The position numbers and the translations under genes were made by a program. Source: Pseudomonadales bacterium (GTDB lineage: Bacteria; Pseudomonadota; Gammaproteobacteria; Pseudomonadales; CAWVSB01). From it: a stretch of DNA of 64,000 nucleotides. Positions 1 to 11,096 of the stretch are shown piece after piece. Positions within the stretch are counted from its first letter, which is position 1, and the number at the start of each line of letters is the position of its first letter. Below the pieces are notes generated by a model. That model had not been told where the DNA came from. It did no database searches and saw only the letters and a list, made by a program, of their open reading frames with translations. The DNA is taken from NCBI GenBank assembly GCA_046710535.1, contig JBKEHH010000013.1, forward strand, positions 3,707 through 67,706. Reading direction: 5' to 3'.

Positions 1-1473
1 GAGTAACACAATGCCACTTTCACCGGTGGCTATATTGTCCACTGGCTCGCCGTCGCGTAACAATTCAGTAACAGTCGCGCTGTCAGTTTGTTTGTCGTAA
101 CCAGTAAATTCAGTTTCGCCAGCAAGGTTTAAGGTTTGCGAATAATCAACCGAGAAGCTACTGGCGCTTTGTGAACGCTTCCGCTGCTGCTCCATTGCCG
201 CATCAAACCCAATCATATCAAGACTTAAGTCATGTTCGCGGGCAATATCATTGGTTAAATCTACCGGAAAACCATACGTGTCATATAACTTAAACACCAC
301 TGCACCTGAAAGCTCTGTACCATCTAAATTGTCGATTGCAGCGCTAAGAATTTGCAGTCCATTCTCTAAGGTTCGGGCAAATTGCTGCTCTTCGGCCAGT
401 ATCAGTTTTTCAATACGACCTTGTTGCTCAACAAGTTCAGGGTAAGCAGCGCCCATTTCTTTAACCAAGGCAGCTACTAGCTGGCTAAAAAATGACTTAG
501 TCATTCCTAACTGATGGCCGTGACGAATTGCCCGACGAGTAATACGGCGCAACACATAATCACGCCCTTCATTACCGGGGTTAACTCCGTCAATAATCAA
601 AAATGCACATGAGCGGACATGGTCGGCAATAACTCTTAGCGACTTCTCTTCTAAATCTTTAACACCAACTATTTCGGCGGCAGCCTTTAATAAGTTTTGA
701 AACAAGTCAATTTCATAGTTGCTGTGTACATGCTGTTTAACAGCAGCAATACGCTCTAAACCCATGCCGGTATCAACAGCGGGCTTTGGCAATGGTTCCA
801 TACGGCCATCTTCAAACCGATTAAACTGCATGAATACAATATTCCAAATTTCTATATAGCGATCGCCATCTTCATCAGGGCTACCTGGTGGGCCACCTGC
901 CACTTCAGCGCCATGATCAAAAAATATTTCAGTACAAGGGCCACAAGGACCAGTATCGCCCATAGTCCAAAAATTATCGGACGCGTATTTAGCACCTTTA
1001 TTATCGCCGATGCGTATTATCCGCTCAGCGGGAACACCAATTTCTTTATTCCAAATATCATAGGCTTCATCATCATCTGCATAAACGGTTACCCACAACT
1101 TATCTTCCGGTATCGCCATCCATTCTCTAGAGGTTAAAAACTCCCAAGCATAGTTAATCGCATCGTGTTTAAAGTAATCACCGAAGCTAAAGTTACCCAG
1201 CATTTCAAAAAATGTGTGATGTCTTGCGGTATAACCTACATTTTCTAAGTCGTTATGTTTACCGCCAGCGCGCACGCAACGTTGCGAGCTAGTCGCGCGA
1301 CTATAAGCGCGCTTGTCTGCACCTAAAAATACATCTTTAAATTGCACCATTCCGGCATTAGTAAATAGCAAAGTTGGGTCGTTAGCTGGCACCAAAGAGC
1401 TACTACTAACTCGGGTATGCCCCTGCTTTTCAAAATAGCTTAAAAACGCTTCGCGAATTTCTGCGCTCTTCAT
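1..1473 (-). CDS. alaS: Alanine--tRNA ligase, N-terminal 491 codons; the gene runs off the left edge, so it is absent from the ORF track
   Basis: My minus-strand translation from the ATG at 1473-1471 reads [51 protein letters not shown]...[38 protein letters not shown]. This is the AlaRS class II catalytic core. The frame stays open to position 1. Confidence 0.93.
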   Translation of the reverse strand, partial: MKSAEIREAFLSYFEKQGHTRVSSSSLVPANDPTLLFTNAGMVQFKDVFLGADKRAYSRATSSQRCVRAGGKHNDLENVGYTARHHTFFEMLGNFSFGDYFKHDAINYAWEFLTSREWMAIPEDKLWVTVYADDDEAYDIWNKEIGVPAERIIRIGDNKGAKYASDNFWTMGDTGPCGPCTEIFFDHGAEVAGGPPGSPDEDGDRYIEIWNIVFMQFNRFEDGRMEPLPKPAVDTGMGLERIAAVKQHVHSNYEIDLFQNLLKAAAEIVGVKDLEEKSLRVIADHVRSCAFLIIDGVNPGNEGRDYVLRRITRRAIRHGHQLGMTKSFFSQLVAALVKEMGAAYPELVEQQGRIEKLILAEEQQFARTLENGLQILSAAIDNLDGTELSGAVVFKLYDTYGFPVDLTNDIAREHDLSLDMIGFDAAMEQQRKRSQSASSFSVDYSQTLNLAGETEFTGYDKQTDSATVTELLRDGEPVDNIATGESGIVLL

Positions 1474-1552
1474 GGTGTTGGCCCTATTTAAAACTAAATA
1501 TTGTCGAGACTATTTAGTCGTAACTAAAAATAAAGAATACAACTAATAGATA

Positions 1553-1744
1553 TTATTTACGGTCTGACTTCTCATCTGCTGTGAGCTGTCTGGCTTCCGA
1601 CTCAAGCATCACTGGGATATCATCACGTATCGGATACGCCAAACCACTGGTGTAACAAATTAGCTCTTGGTTTGCCTTAGAGTATTCCAGTGGCCCTTTT
1701 GTTACAGGGCAAACTAAAATTCTTAAAAGTTTTTCATCAATCAT
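1553..1744 (-). CDS. Trm112/YcaR-family small protein (UPF0434)
   Basis: 63 aa with [13 protein letters not shown]...[12 protein letters not shown], the typical Trm112-like zinc-ribbon-derived fold signature. Confidence 0.8.
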   Translation of the reverse strand: MIDEKLLRILVCPVTKGPLEYSKANQELICYTSGLAYPIRDDIPVMLESEARQLTADEKSDRK

Positions 1745-1753
1745 TTTTTATCC

Positions 1754-2560
1754 TTACCGCTGCGCTGTAGGCATTTCGCCTACTAGCAATTGCGGATCAA
1801 TCCTGCTGTTATACCAATTCATACGCCAATCTAAATGTGGCCCGGTTACTCGCCCGGTTGCCCCTACTTCGGCTACGGCTTGACCCGCTTCAACCCTATC
1901 GCCCGGTTGCACTAACATTTTGCTTAAATGCAAAAAGCTCGACGTCAGGCCATGGCCATGGTCGATAATTAAGGTGCCACCTGAAAAAAACATATCGTCG
2001 TACGCCAAGGTAATCACTCCCGATGCTGGAGCATAAGCAACAGTTCCGGTTGGCGCAGCCACATCAACCCCATAGTGGGGCCGTTTAGGGACGCCATTAT
2101 AGACACGCTGAGAGCCAAAAACACCTGTTATTGGCCCTATTAGTGGCCATTCAAAATCAGCCTTATATCCTTCGCTATCAGAGAACTTAACCCTAGCCTG
2201 TTTGACTAGCTTTGACTCTTTCACGCTGCGGGCCAAAGCCTCTGAGTCTGGTTGCATAATCTTTTTTGAAATGCCTTCTATTTTTTGCAATTTATAGTCT
2301 CGTTTTTTAATTACAAAATTATGCTCAACCGCCTCGCCCACTGCCTTTTCGACCACAACTAAGCTACTTGTAGCGTCGCGATCTAGACCGATGATAAACG
2401 CGCCGCTCTCATCTCTGAGTAATTTTCTGTCGGCAATATAAATATCAGTCGCTAAATCTGCATTGCCTTTTAGCAAGCCGCCTTGAACAAAATTTCCATT
2501 TAATTCAAATGCCAACCCATTAGTCGACAACAATAACGCTAACAGTGCAGTTTTAGTCAT
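1754..2560 (-). CDS. M23 (LytM-type) metallopeptidase, secreted
   Basis: N-terminal signal peptide. HYGVDVAAPTGT (HxxxD) and GPHLDWR motifs of the M23 family. Confidence 0.85.
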   Translation of the reverse strand: MTKTALLALLLSTNGLAFELNGNFVQGGLLKGNADLATDIYIADRKLLRDESGAFIIGLDRDATSSLVVVEKAVGEAVEHNFVIKKRDYKLQKIEGISKKIMQPDSEALARSVKESKLVKQARVKFSDSEGYKADFEWPLIGPITGVFGSQRVYNGVPKRPHYGVDVAAPTGTVAYAPASGVITLAYDDMFFSGGTLIIDHGHGLTSSFLHLSKMLVQPGDRVEAGQAVAEVGATGRVTGPHLDWRMNWYNSRIDPQLLVGEMPTAQR

Positions 2561-2586
2561 TAGTAAATCCTGTCTATCAAATCAAT

Positions 2587-4251
2587 TTATTGCTGATATA
2601 CCAACTCTCCAGCAATCCATGTTTGTACTACTTTAGTTTTCCAAGTGTCCAAAGCAACTCCATTGACAACATCTTGATCAACCAAAATAAAGTCAGCCCA
2701 TTTGCCTTGCTCAAGCGAACCCAATACATCTTCTTGGTGCGCTGCATAGGCGGCATCTAGGGTGAAGCTACGCAAGGCTTGGGTGGGCGTCATCGCTTCA
2801 TCTATTGACCAACCACCTTTAGGCATATTGTCATGGTCTTGTCTGGTTATCGCCGCGTGTAAACCGTGAAATGGATTCGCCAGCTCTACCGGAAAGTCAG
2901 AACCGGAGGCCACAACGGTACCTTGCCGTAAAAAGCGCTGCCATGCATAAGCGCCGGCTAATCGGTCTTCACCTATGCGGTCAGCTACCATATTTTTATC
3001 ACTGGTTGCATGCACGGGCTGCATTGAGGCAATAACGTTTAGCTCTAAGAATTTGGGGAAATCAGCCAAGGCCACCACTTGAGTATGCTCAATTCGGTTT
3101 CTTAACTCATGGCCATCTGTCTTTATATAGGCTTTTTCAATGGCACTCAGCGAAATGCGGTTTGCATTATCACCAATGGCATGAATATTGGCCTGAAAGC
3201 CTGCGGCAATAATGTCTTCTACCAATTTATCCAATACCGGTGGATCAGTAAGCAACAGCCCATGATTACCCACATCATCGGAATAAGACTCTAATAAAGC
3301 TGCGCCTCTGCTACCCAAAGCTCCATCCGAATAGAGTTTAACGCTGCGCACTGACAGAAAATCTTTATCGTCGCTAATACGGCCTTCCTTTAACCAAGCA
3401 TATAAGCGATCGCTGGTTGCACTCAACATGCCGTAAATACGCACTGGTAACTTGCCTTCGTTGACCCGCATCACATATGAATCTAAATCAGCCTGACTAA
3501 CACCGGCGTCATGCGTGCTAACAATACCGAGTGATAGCAAATGCTCATAAGCCTTATCAAAGGCTAGCTCTAGCTCTGCTGCAGACGGTGCTGGGATATT
3601 GTCTTCAACTAAAGCCATTGCATTATCAACAAATATACCGGTCGCCTTGCCATTTACATCACGAACAATTCTGCCACCTAGCGGATCTGGCGTAGCGTCG
3701 GTAATACCAGCAATTGCTATAGCTTTACTATTTGCCCAACCAGCATGACCATCAACACGGCGTAAAAACACTGGTCGCTCTATATTGGTAGCATCTAGTG
3801 ACGCAATAGTGGGGAATTCATTACTTGCCCATAGTGCTTGGTTCCAGCCACGACCCAACACCCACTGGGTATTAGGATTATTAGCGGCAAAGTCTTTAAC
3901 CGTTTGTGCAGAAATTTCTTCAGAGCTTAGTCCGCGTAACTTTACCCGCAGCAAATCATATCCCAAACCAGATACATGACCGTGAGCATCAATCAAACCC
4001 GGTAACGCGTAGTTACCCTGACCATCAATCAGCTTGCATTTTGGCTTTGCGTCTTTGGCGCTACCAACGGAGGTAATCTTGCCATCAGCAAAAGCCAACC
4101 ATGTGAATGTTTTTAATTCTTGAGCAACAGCAACTGGCGTGTAGCCAACAATACTATCAACCACAGTACAGTCGGCCGATTGAGCAGCTACATTTAAAGA
4201 AGTAACGGTTAGCAATACAGAGAAGGAAGTAAAGCGGGTTATATTTATCAT
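2587..4251 (-). CDS. Secreted metal-dependent amidohydrolase (YtcJ-like)
   Basis: Signal peptide. GLIDAHGHV metal-binding motif. C-terminal GSDFPVE and ADFILVD motifs typical of amidohydrolase_3 proteins. Confidence 0.8.
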   Translation of the reverse strand: MINITRFTSFSVLLTVTSLNVAAQSADCTVVDSIVGYTPVAVAQELKTFTWLAFADGKITSVGSAKDAKPKCKLIDGQGNYALPGLIDAHGHVSGLGYDLLRVKLRGLSSEEISAQTVKDFAANNPNTQWVLGRGWNQALWASNEFPTIASLDATNIERPVFLRRVDGHAGWANSKAIAIAGITDATPDPLGGRIVRDVNGKATGIFVDNAMALVEDNIPAPSAAELELAFDKAYEHLLSLGIVSTHDAGVSQADLDSYVMRVNEGKLPVRIYGMLSATSDRLYAWLKEGRISDDKDFLSVRSVKLYSDGALGSRGAALLESYSDDVGNHGLLLTDPPVLDKLVEDIIAAGFQANIHAIGDNANRISLSAIEKAYIKTDGHELRNRIEHTQVVALADFPKFLELNVIASMQPVHATSDKNMVADRIGEDRLAGAYAWQRFLRQGTVVASGSDFPVELANPFHGLHAAITRQDHDNMPKGGWSIDEAMTPTQALRSFTLDAAYAAHQEDVLGSLEQGKWADFILVDQDVVNGVALDTWKTKVVQTWIAGELVYQQ

Positions 4252-4317
4252 TGTTTTCTCCAGTAAAAACGGCGAGTCTATACTACCTGATACTGCTGGA
4301 TGGTCTAGCGCAGCGGC

Positions 4318-4794
4318 TTAGCTTTTTTGATATTCGATGTTAGTAATGATCCAAAACGCCTTACCGGCCGGGGTCATCACCATCACTTCGTCATCAACTT
4401 GTTTTTTTAACAAGGCTCGAGCCATGGGGGAGTCGATTGAGATACAGTCAGACTTGTCAAAAATCTCATCGCCACCAACAACACGAAAGCGCTTTTTTTC
4501 GCTCGCTTCGTTTTCAATCTCTACCCAAGCGCCAAAAAACACTTTGCCATCTTGCTGCGGTGAATAATCAACAATTTGAATATCCTCAAGACGTTTGCGG
4601 ATATATCTAACTCGACTATCTATTTCACGCAGTAGCTTTTTATTATAGTGATAATCGGCATTTTCACTCCGATCACCCAGCGATGCTGCCCAAGTCACAT
4701 TCCTTGTCACCTCTGGTCGCTTCTCTCGCCACAGATAATCTACCTCTTGCTTAAGTGCAGCGTGGCCTTCTCGAGTGATTAATTTAGCCTTCAA
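4318..4794 (-). CDS. greB: Transcription elongation factor GreB (TTG start)
   Basis: Matches GreB as I remember it along the whole length: TREGHAALKQEVDYLWREKRPEVT..WAASLGDRSENADYHYNKK...SIDSPMARALLKK. Confidence 0.93.
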   Translation of the reverse strand: MKAKLITREGHAALKQEVDYLWREKRPEVTRNVTWAASLGDRSENADYHYNKKLLREIDSRVRYIRKRLEDIQIVDYSPQQDGKVFFGAWVEIENEASEKKRFRVVGGDEIFDKSDCISIDSPMARALLKKQVDDEVMVMTPAGKAFWIITNIEYQKS

Positions 4795-4808
4795 ACTAAC
4801 ACCACTGG

Positions 4809-6419
4809 TTAAAATCCAGCGGCAATACTAGCTTCTTGCTGACTCGCCAGATACTCGTCATAAGTCCCCTGGAAATCGACAAGGCTTTTGTCTTTGATTT
4901 CAATAACACGGGTCGCTAGTGAGGACACAAATTCACGGTCATGACTAACAAAAATCAGCGTGCCGTCATAATGCTCTAAGGCCAAATTCAAGGCTTCAAT
5001 AGATTCCATATCTAAATGGTTAGTTGGCTCATCCATAAGCAAAACATTGGTGTCTTGCATCATTAACTTGCCAAATAACAAGCGGTTTTTCTCACCACCA
5101 GAACATACCTTAGCCTTCTTATTAAAGTCATCGGTTGAAAACAACAAACGGCCTAATGTAGCGCGCACAATTTGATCATCATGATTCTTTTTACGCCACT
5201 GACTCATCCAATCAAATAAGGTTATATCGCTATCAAAATTCGAGGTGCTATCTTGTGGACAATAACCTAATGTTGCGTTTTCAGCCCATTGCACCACACC
5301 TTCTCGCATCGACAGCTGATTTAATAGGCAGCGCAAAAACGTTGTCTTGCCTGCTCCATTTTCGCCAATAATCGCTAGGCGGGCGCCAGCTTCTAGAATC
5401 ATGCTGCCATCGCTAAATAAGGTTCCATCATCAAACCCATGACCTACTTTTTCCAAGGTTAATGCTTGGCGATGCAGTTTTTTATCCTGTTTAAAACGGA
5501 CAAAAGGCGTTGCTCGACTTGAAGCTTTGACATCATCTAATTTAATCTTACTTAAGGCCTTAGCCCGCGATGACGCCTGTTTTGCTTTAGATGCATTCGC
5601 TGAGAATCTACTAACAAATTGCTGTAACTCAGCCATTTGAGTTTTCTTCTTGGCATTTTCTGAATATAGGCGTTCACGAGCCTGAGTAGCTGCCATCATA
5701 AAGTCGTCATAAGTACCTGGATAAACTCTCAACTCACCGTAGTCGATATCGGCCATATGTGTACAAACTGAATTAAGAAAATGGCGATCATGAGAAATAA
5801 TAATCATGGTACTTTTGCGCTCGTTCAGTACTTCTTCCAACCAGCGAATTGTATCAATGTCGAGGTTATTGGTTGGCTCATCAAGCAGTAATATATCGGG
5901 ATCCGAAAATAAGGCTTGTGCCAACAACACCCGCAGCTTCCAACCTGGCGCAACTTCACTCATTGAACCATAATGCAACTTTTGATCAATGCCCGCGCCC
6001 ATCAATATTTCTTCGGCGCGACTTTCAGCGCTGTAGCCATCAAGCTCGGCAAATTCTACTTCAAGATCGGCTACTTTCATGCCGTCCGCTTCAGACATTT
6101 CAGCTAAACCATAAATACGGTCGCGCTCTTGCTTCACTTCCCATAGCTTGGCATGCCCCATAATCACAGTATCGACCACCGAGAACTCTTCAAAAGCAAA
6201 CTGATCCTGGCTTAACTTGCCGACTCGCTCATTTGGCGTAGTCATCACATTTCCAGCGGTTGGCACTAAACTGCCATCCAAAATTTTCATAAAGGTAGAT
6301 TTACCACAACCGTTGGCGCCAATAAGGCCGTAGCGATTACCGTCGCCAAACTTTACTGAAATATTTTCGAACAAAGGCTTAGTGCCAAACTGCATGGTGA
6401 TATTAGCGGTAGAAATCAA
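4809..6419 (-). CDS. ybiT: ABC-F family ATPase (YbiT-like), two ABC domains
   Basis: [41 protein letters not shown], plus a second Walker A (GENGAGKTT) and two LSGGE-type signatures. I prefer the TTG at 6419, which has AGGA upstream, over the ORF-track start at 6470. Confidence 0.9.
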   Translation of the reverse strand: MISTANITMQFGTKPLFENISVKFGDGNRYGLIGANGCGKSTFMKILDGSLVPTAGNVMTTPNERVGKLSQDQFAFEEFSVVDTVIMGHAKLWEVKQERDRIYGLAEMSEADGMKVADLEVEFAELDGYSAESRAEEILMGAGIDQKLHYGSMSEVAPGWKLRVLLAQALFSDPDILLLDEPTNNLDIDTIRWLEEVLNERKSTMIIISHDRHFLNSVCTHMADIDYGELRVYPGTYDDFMMAATQARERLYSENAKKKTQMAELQQFVSRFSANASKAKQASSRAKALSKIKLDDVKASSRATPFVRFKQDKKLHRQALTLEKVGHGFDDGTLFSDGSMILEAGARLAIIGENGAGKTTFLRCLLNQLSMREGVVQWAENATLGYCPQDSTSNFDSDITLFDWMSQWRKKNHDDQIVRATLGRLLFSTDDFNKKAKVCSGGEKNRLLFGKLMMQDTNVLLMDEPTNHLDMESIEALNLALEHYDGTLIFVSHDREFVSSLATRVIEIKDKSLVDFQGTYDEYLASQQEASIAAGF

Positions 6420-6532
6420 GGGAATATCCTGACAAAAGTAAAATAAAACAAGGGGATTTAACGCGCGCATACTATAGGGATTTGTTGGCCATAGGTCGAG
6501 TAAAACTGGTTAAAAAATGCACTATTTAGGGT

Positions 6533-7567
6533 TTAACTAGTAAAAAGCGCTACAACACGCTGCCAAAACCAAAATCCAGCTAGGCCACCCATGCAATATA
6601 AGGGCAATAACCGCCACCATCCCTGCCATGGGATATTGGTTAACGCCCAGAGCCGCGCGATAATAAGCAATCCCAAAATTAACCCTAACTGAGCCAATTC
6701 AATGCCTATATTAAAAGCCAGCAAGGCTATTGGGACTTCTTCTTGGGGCAGCCCTAGCTCATTTAATGCGCCAGCAAACCCCAGGCCATGCAACAATCCG
6801 AACACCAGTGCTATTAACCAGGCGCGCTTAACAAAAGTCGAGCTGGCTTTAGCGTCTAATACTGCGGCAATAGCCAACACGATACTCAAGGCGATGAAAA
6901 TTTCAGCTATTGTCTGTGGATGCACCAACTGACCTATAGCCGCTAGCGACAACGTAACTGAGTGCCCAAGCGTAAACATGGTAACCACGAGGATTAAGCG
7001 TCGGTTAACTCCCACCAGTAAAGTTAACGCAGTTACAAACAGTAAGTGGTCCCAACCTGCCAACAGGTGCTCAACCCCAAACACTATATAATCAAAAAAT
7101 ACTTGCCCCCCACTTTGGCGCTCAGGGACTTCAAATTGGTTTTGATCACCGTTCAATATTTTTGTGTAGCTGCGCCCGTCTAATGTTATTACCCGCAACA
7201 CAGCCACCGCTTTGCTTAATGCGATATTATTAACAGCTAAAGTAGAGCCAACTAATCCAGCTTCACCGCAATCGAGCTGCCAGCGAGTAACTCTCGCGGT
7301 TGCTTCAGCTGTCGATGCGGCTATTCCTATCTTTTTGCAATGCTTGGGGAAAACTGGCACTACTGCGCTGCTAGCAATCGTCTTTAGTGGCAGTTTCCAC
7401 AATATATTAACCACGCCGTCGCCTGTTTCAGTTAACTCCAATAAGGCTGGAGCTAACGGGTGAGCACTAAGCAATGGCGCAGAGGTGAATACTGCGACAA
7501 GCAGTAATACTTTTATCGCTACCTTTATAGCTAGGTTTATATATCCGATAGGCCAATTACGGTTCAT
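6533..7567 (-). CDS. HupE/UreJ-family membrane protein (putative Ni/Co-type metal transporter)
   Basis: FGVEHLLAGWDHLLFV (HxxxxGxDH) motif and multiple TM helices. I place the start at M58 of the track ORF (MNRNWPIGY...) because a signal/TM segment follows it. Confidence 0.72.
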   Translation of the reverse strand: MNRNWPIGYINLAIKVAIKVLLLVAVFTSAPLLSAHPLAPALLELTETGDGVVNILWKLPLKTIASSAVVPVFPKHCKKIGIAASTAEATARVTRWQLDCGEAGLVGSTLAVNNIALSKAVAVLRVITLDGRSYTKILNGDQNQFEVPERQSGGQVFFDYIVFGVEHLLAGWDHLLFVTALTLLVGVNRRLILVVTMFTLGHSVTLSLAAIGQLVHPQTIAEIFIALSIVLAIAAVLDAKASSTFVKRAWLIALVFGLLHGLGFAGALNELGLPQEEVPIALLAFNIGIELAQLGLILGLLIIARLWALTNIPWQGWWRLLPLYCMGGLAGFWFWQRVVALFTS

Positions 7568-8075
7568 AAACTTCTTAATCCACAAGACACTGACGATTGA
7601 CGTAGCTGGGTTAGATAACGAAAAAGTCTTAGTAGCCAAAATGCTAACAGCAAGCCACCTTATATAATGCATTACTTTATTTGGAAGAACACAATGACGG
7701 CAAGTTACCATTAATTCCGAAATATCAGCCAAGGTCACATGATAGAAATTGCCCTTTTATCCATATAGCCTTTCTTTTAGAGTGTCTCTAGATAACAATC
7801 ATATTAATTTTAAGCCATCAGCACCTAAATGATCAAAGGCTAGATTATTAGCTGTATATCGAACTTATCCATAAAGTGTCTGTCCATTATTACACTTGCA
7901 TGAGCCATAAGTGATGTGTTTTAGGTGTAGCGGCTCGAATGAGCGAGCAGAAAACCGACCAAGAATTAGTTGTACAGGTTTAGCGCGACTAGGCAGAAAA
8001 TCGAGTTAGATAAAAAATAGCCAGCCAGTGATAATACAAAGCCAAATAAACTAGCTTTTTTGATAAGGATTAAAT

Positions 8076-9590
8076 ATGAGATTGTTAGCTTTAGTGTTGT
8101 TATTTGTATTGAGTGCCTGTGGGGGGGGCGGTTCTTCAGAATCAATATTGCCAGCTCCTCAAATGGGTACTATCCCGGTGGCGCCAGAAGTCCCCCTATC
8201 AGAACAAAAATCCATCACACAAACTATTAACGGCCAATTAGTCGATCGTACCTACCTTGTCAGGTACCCAGATGATGTATCAGAAGACGTGTACCCCGTG
8301 GTGTTTTTTTTTCATGGTTCTGGCGGCACAGGTGAGGGCTGGTTGGATAATAATGATGTTTCTAGATTAATTGATGAGGGCAAATTTATTGGAATTTTTC
8401 CTGATGGTTACGATAAGCGCTGGAATGTAAGTGGCGAGACTAATGCAGATGATGTTGAATTCGTTAGTCTAATTATTGGTGATATCAACGGTTCAGGATT
8501 ATTTGATGTGAATAAAATCTATGGTGTCGGCATCTCTAACGGTGCAGGGCTGGTTAATAGAATCGCTAAAGAGACCATTCTTTTCAAGGCAATTGCGCCA
8601 ATCATTAGTCAACAAACAGTGACTATTGGCGAAACTTTTCCGTCCAGGGCTGTATCGGTTTTTCAAGTCAATGGTACCGAAGATGATTTGATTCCTGTGA
8701 ATGGGGGCAGTGGTGTTGGCGATAATATTTTTATGTCTGCGCAAGCCAGTGCAGAGAATTGGGCGTTAAATTTTAATTGCAATATGACCCCGACCATTCA
8801 AAATAAAACGTGAGGAAGTTTAGCGGTTAAGCAATACACCTTCGGATCATGCCTAGATAATCAAAAGGTTAGATATTCAATAGTTGAGGGGGCGGGACAC
8901 ACCTCAGAGTTTGGTGAAAATGTTGATTTATATAGTCTTATCTGGAGTTTTTTCACCGCGACTGATAGTGACCGAGCGGCACGTAACTATAAAATTCTAA
9001 CATTGGGTGACAGTTATACGATTGAGGAAAATGTTTGTGACACTTGCCGTTTTCCAGAGCAGTTAAAAGCGAGATTAATATCAGAGTATGCAGATCGAGA
9101 TGAGTTTAGTCTACAGATTATTGCTCAGACTGGTTGGAACACGACGGATTTAAAAAATGCGATTACGACTGAAGACCCTGCCAGTAATTTTGACTTGGTA
9201 ACGCTACTTATTGGCGTCAAGAATCAATTTCAAGGTAAGCCCTTTGAAGTTTTCGAGACAGAGTTTGCCGAGCTTGTTGATTCGGCAATCTCTTTAGTCG
9301 GGGATGATGCTAGTAAATTAATTGTGGTTTCAATACCTGACTATGCATTTACCCCCTTTGGGCAGAATTTTAATCCGACCGCTACAAGTGCTGAGTTAGT
9401 CCTATATAATGACTTTGCGAAGGAATACTGTGAGTCAGTTGGACTATCATACGTCTACATAACAGATATAACGCAGCAAGGATTAGAGACTCCTTCATTA
9501 GTGGCAAGTGACGGCCTGCATCCGTCAGAGCTCGCATATACTAAATTTGTAGAGCGTATTCTGCCGCTTGCCTTAGCCAAAGTGAACTAA
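8076..9590 (+). pseudogene. Lipoprotein with an LpqC/PHB-depolymerase-type esterase domain fused to an SGNH/GDSL hydrolase domain, interrupted by one in-frame TGA at 8811-8813
   Basis: Lipobox LSAC. HGSGGTGEGW and GISNGAG motifs lie before the stop. The same frame stays open from 8814 to 9590 and reads GSLAVKQYTFGSCLDNQKVRYSIVEGAGHTSEF (the catalytic-His block of the esterase). It then reads LTLGDSYT...DGLHPS (SGNH blocks I and V). Confidence 0.75.
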
Positions 9591-9718
9591 GTTAACCTGA
9601 GATCTGCTTAAGCCATAACCATAGAATTACGCTCTACGTAGTTAACTTAAGCGATGGCTTATCTTTCTTAAGTATAGGACAAATAAACGTCCTAACGGCC
9701 TATTGAGATTAAATTTCC

Positions 9719-10428
9719 TGACTGATCCTGCCCCCCTGTGTCAGCATAGCTGTCGCCTCCATTTTTATTTCAATCTTAAATGACAGGGGGTGGCAAGTGA
9801 GCAGGAAATGCCAAAGTACAATGATGAATTCAAAGAGCAGGCAATACGCAAAATGATGCCACCGAATGCGATGTCAGTTCCCCAAGTGAGCCGCGATACG
9901 GGCGTTTCGGACGTAACCCTATATAATTGGCGAAATCGATTTCGTAATGAAGGAAAAGCCGTGCCTGCGGACCCATCCAACCCTGAAAACTGGACAGGGG
10001 AGAACAAGTTAGCTGTGGTCATTGAGACTTCGGCCTTGAATGAAGAAGGGTTGGCGAAATATTGTCGTCAAAAGGGTCTGTACGCCGAGCAGATTGCCCG
10101 CTGGCGCGAGGCGGCAGCTGCCGGTGCCGAGACACAGCCCCGCTGTCAGTGGCTGAGCGCCGGGAGCTTCAACCGGAACGAAAAAAGACCCGCAAGCTGA
10201 CTAAAGAGCTCAGGCGTAAGGACAACGCCCTGGCCGAGACGGCTGCATTACTGGTTCTCTAAAAAAAAGTCCGGGAAATCTGGGGGGACAAAGAGGACGA
10301 CTGATCGTGCCAGAGGATCGCCAGATTGCCATTGACTTGATTGATGAGGCTGTTACTGCCGGAGCCAGGTGCTTCAAGGCCTGCATGGTGCTGGAGGTTG
10401 ATGTCCGCACCCTGCAAAGGATGCTATA
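9719..10428 (+). mobile_element. IS3-family insertion sequence remnant (orfA frameshifted, internal TAA, orfB truncated after about 40 codons)
   Basis: The terminal TG...CCCCCCTGTGTCA end starts at 9719. An OrfA-like HTH protein (MPKYNDEFKEQAIRKMM...VTLYNWRNRF..ENWTGENKLAVVIETSALNEEGLAKYCRQKGLYAEQIARWREAA) switches frame near 10130-10140. It continues as LSVAERRELQPERKKTRKLTKELRRKDNALAETAALLVL*. An OrfB-like start (EDRQIAIDLIDEAVTAGAR) ends at the TAG at 10426. The segment is visibly more G+C-rich than its flanks. Confidence 0.8.
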
Positions 10429-10563
10429 GCTCATCAAATGGAATTGAAACTCAAGTGAAAAGAGATGTTAGTAAAAATCAGCGTTACTGAGGTCTAGTGT
10501 TCGGGCTCAATTAAATAAGCGAATGAAAAATAGCATTTACGCATTCTACAGACGAACTTACTT

Positions 10564-10782
10564 GTGAAAATTGATTACGATTTTAATGCATTATTAGAGG
10601 CTGTTACCGAATTACTCACTGATCCACAGATTTTAGTGGATCGATGTCTTGCTCTTGGAGGTTTAAGTGCTGAGGGTGAATCGAGTGGGGACGATGATCG
10701 CCTTGTCATCAAAACAAGCCGGGGGCTAGAGGCCGACTTACCGTCATTTGTAAAAAAATATAAGCCTCGACTGGCATCTTAG
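10564..10782 (+). CDS. Hypothetical acidic protein; possibly the 5' part of a longer gene broken at an A7 run
   Basis: GTG-start ORF from the track. The +1 frame continues from the A7 run (10752-10758) to 10895 as ISLDWHLRLVEVWGKDDGGWRGTWDAKIKGQLISFHGDFELMHQ. Confidence 0.35.
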   Translation: MKIDYDFNALLEAVTELLTDPQILVDRCLALGGLSAEGESSGDDDRLVIKTSRGLEADLPSFVKKYKPRLAS

Positions 10783-11096
10783 ATTAGTCGAAGTGTGGGG
10801 AAAAGATGATGGTGGTTGGCGGGGTACTTGGGATGCTAAAATTAAAGGACAGCTGATTAGCTTTCACGGCGACTTTGAATTGATGCACCAGTAAAGGCTG
10901 TCATTACTCCGCTTAAACAAAAGTAACGGCCAAAGTGCCCCTCATGGGTAAAAAAATTGAGGCAGCTTTAGAAGGAAACATGGCAAGAGACCTGATGGCC
11001 GACTTGGAATATACCAGCAAGCAATTAAAGTAATGGCCGATTGTTGTTTAAGTTGTATAGTCAGCACTAGCTAGACCAACCACAACCATCAGTAAA

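Noticed and set aside
7568-7900. Possible metal or cobalamin riboswitch in the long leader of the HupE/UreJ gene
   Set aside because: I could not find a B12 box (GCCACTG-like) or any other conserved riboswitch core by eye. This cannot be supported without a covariance-model search.
8811-8850. Selenocysteine or programmed readthrough at the in-frame TGA of the esterase
   Set aside because: I could only draw a 4-bp stem downstream of the UGA, so there is no convincing SECIS-like hairpin. The family has a Trp-compatible, non-catalytic position here. TGA is used as a normal stop elsewhere in the window (e.g. 19885-19887).
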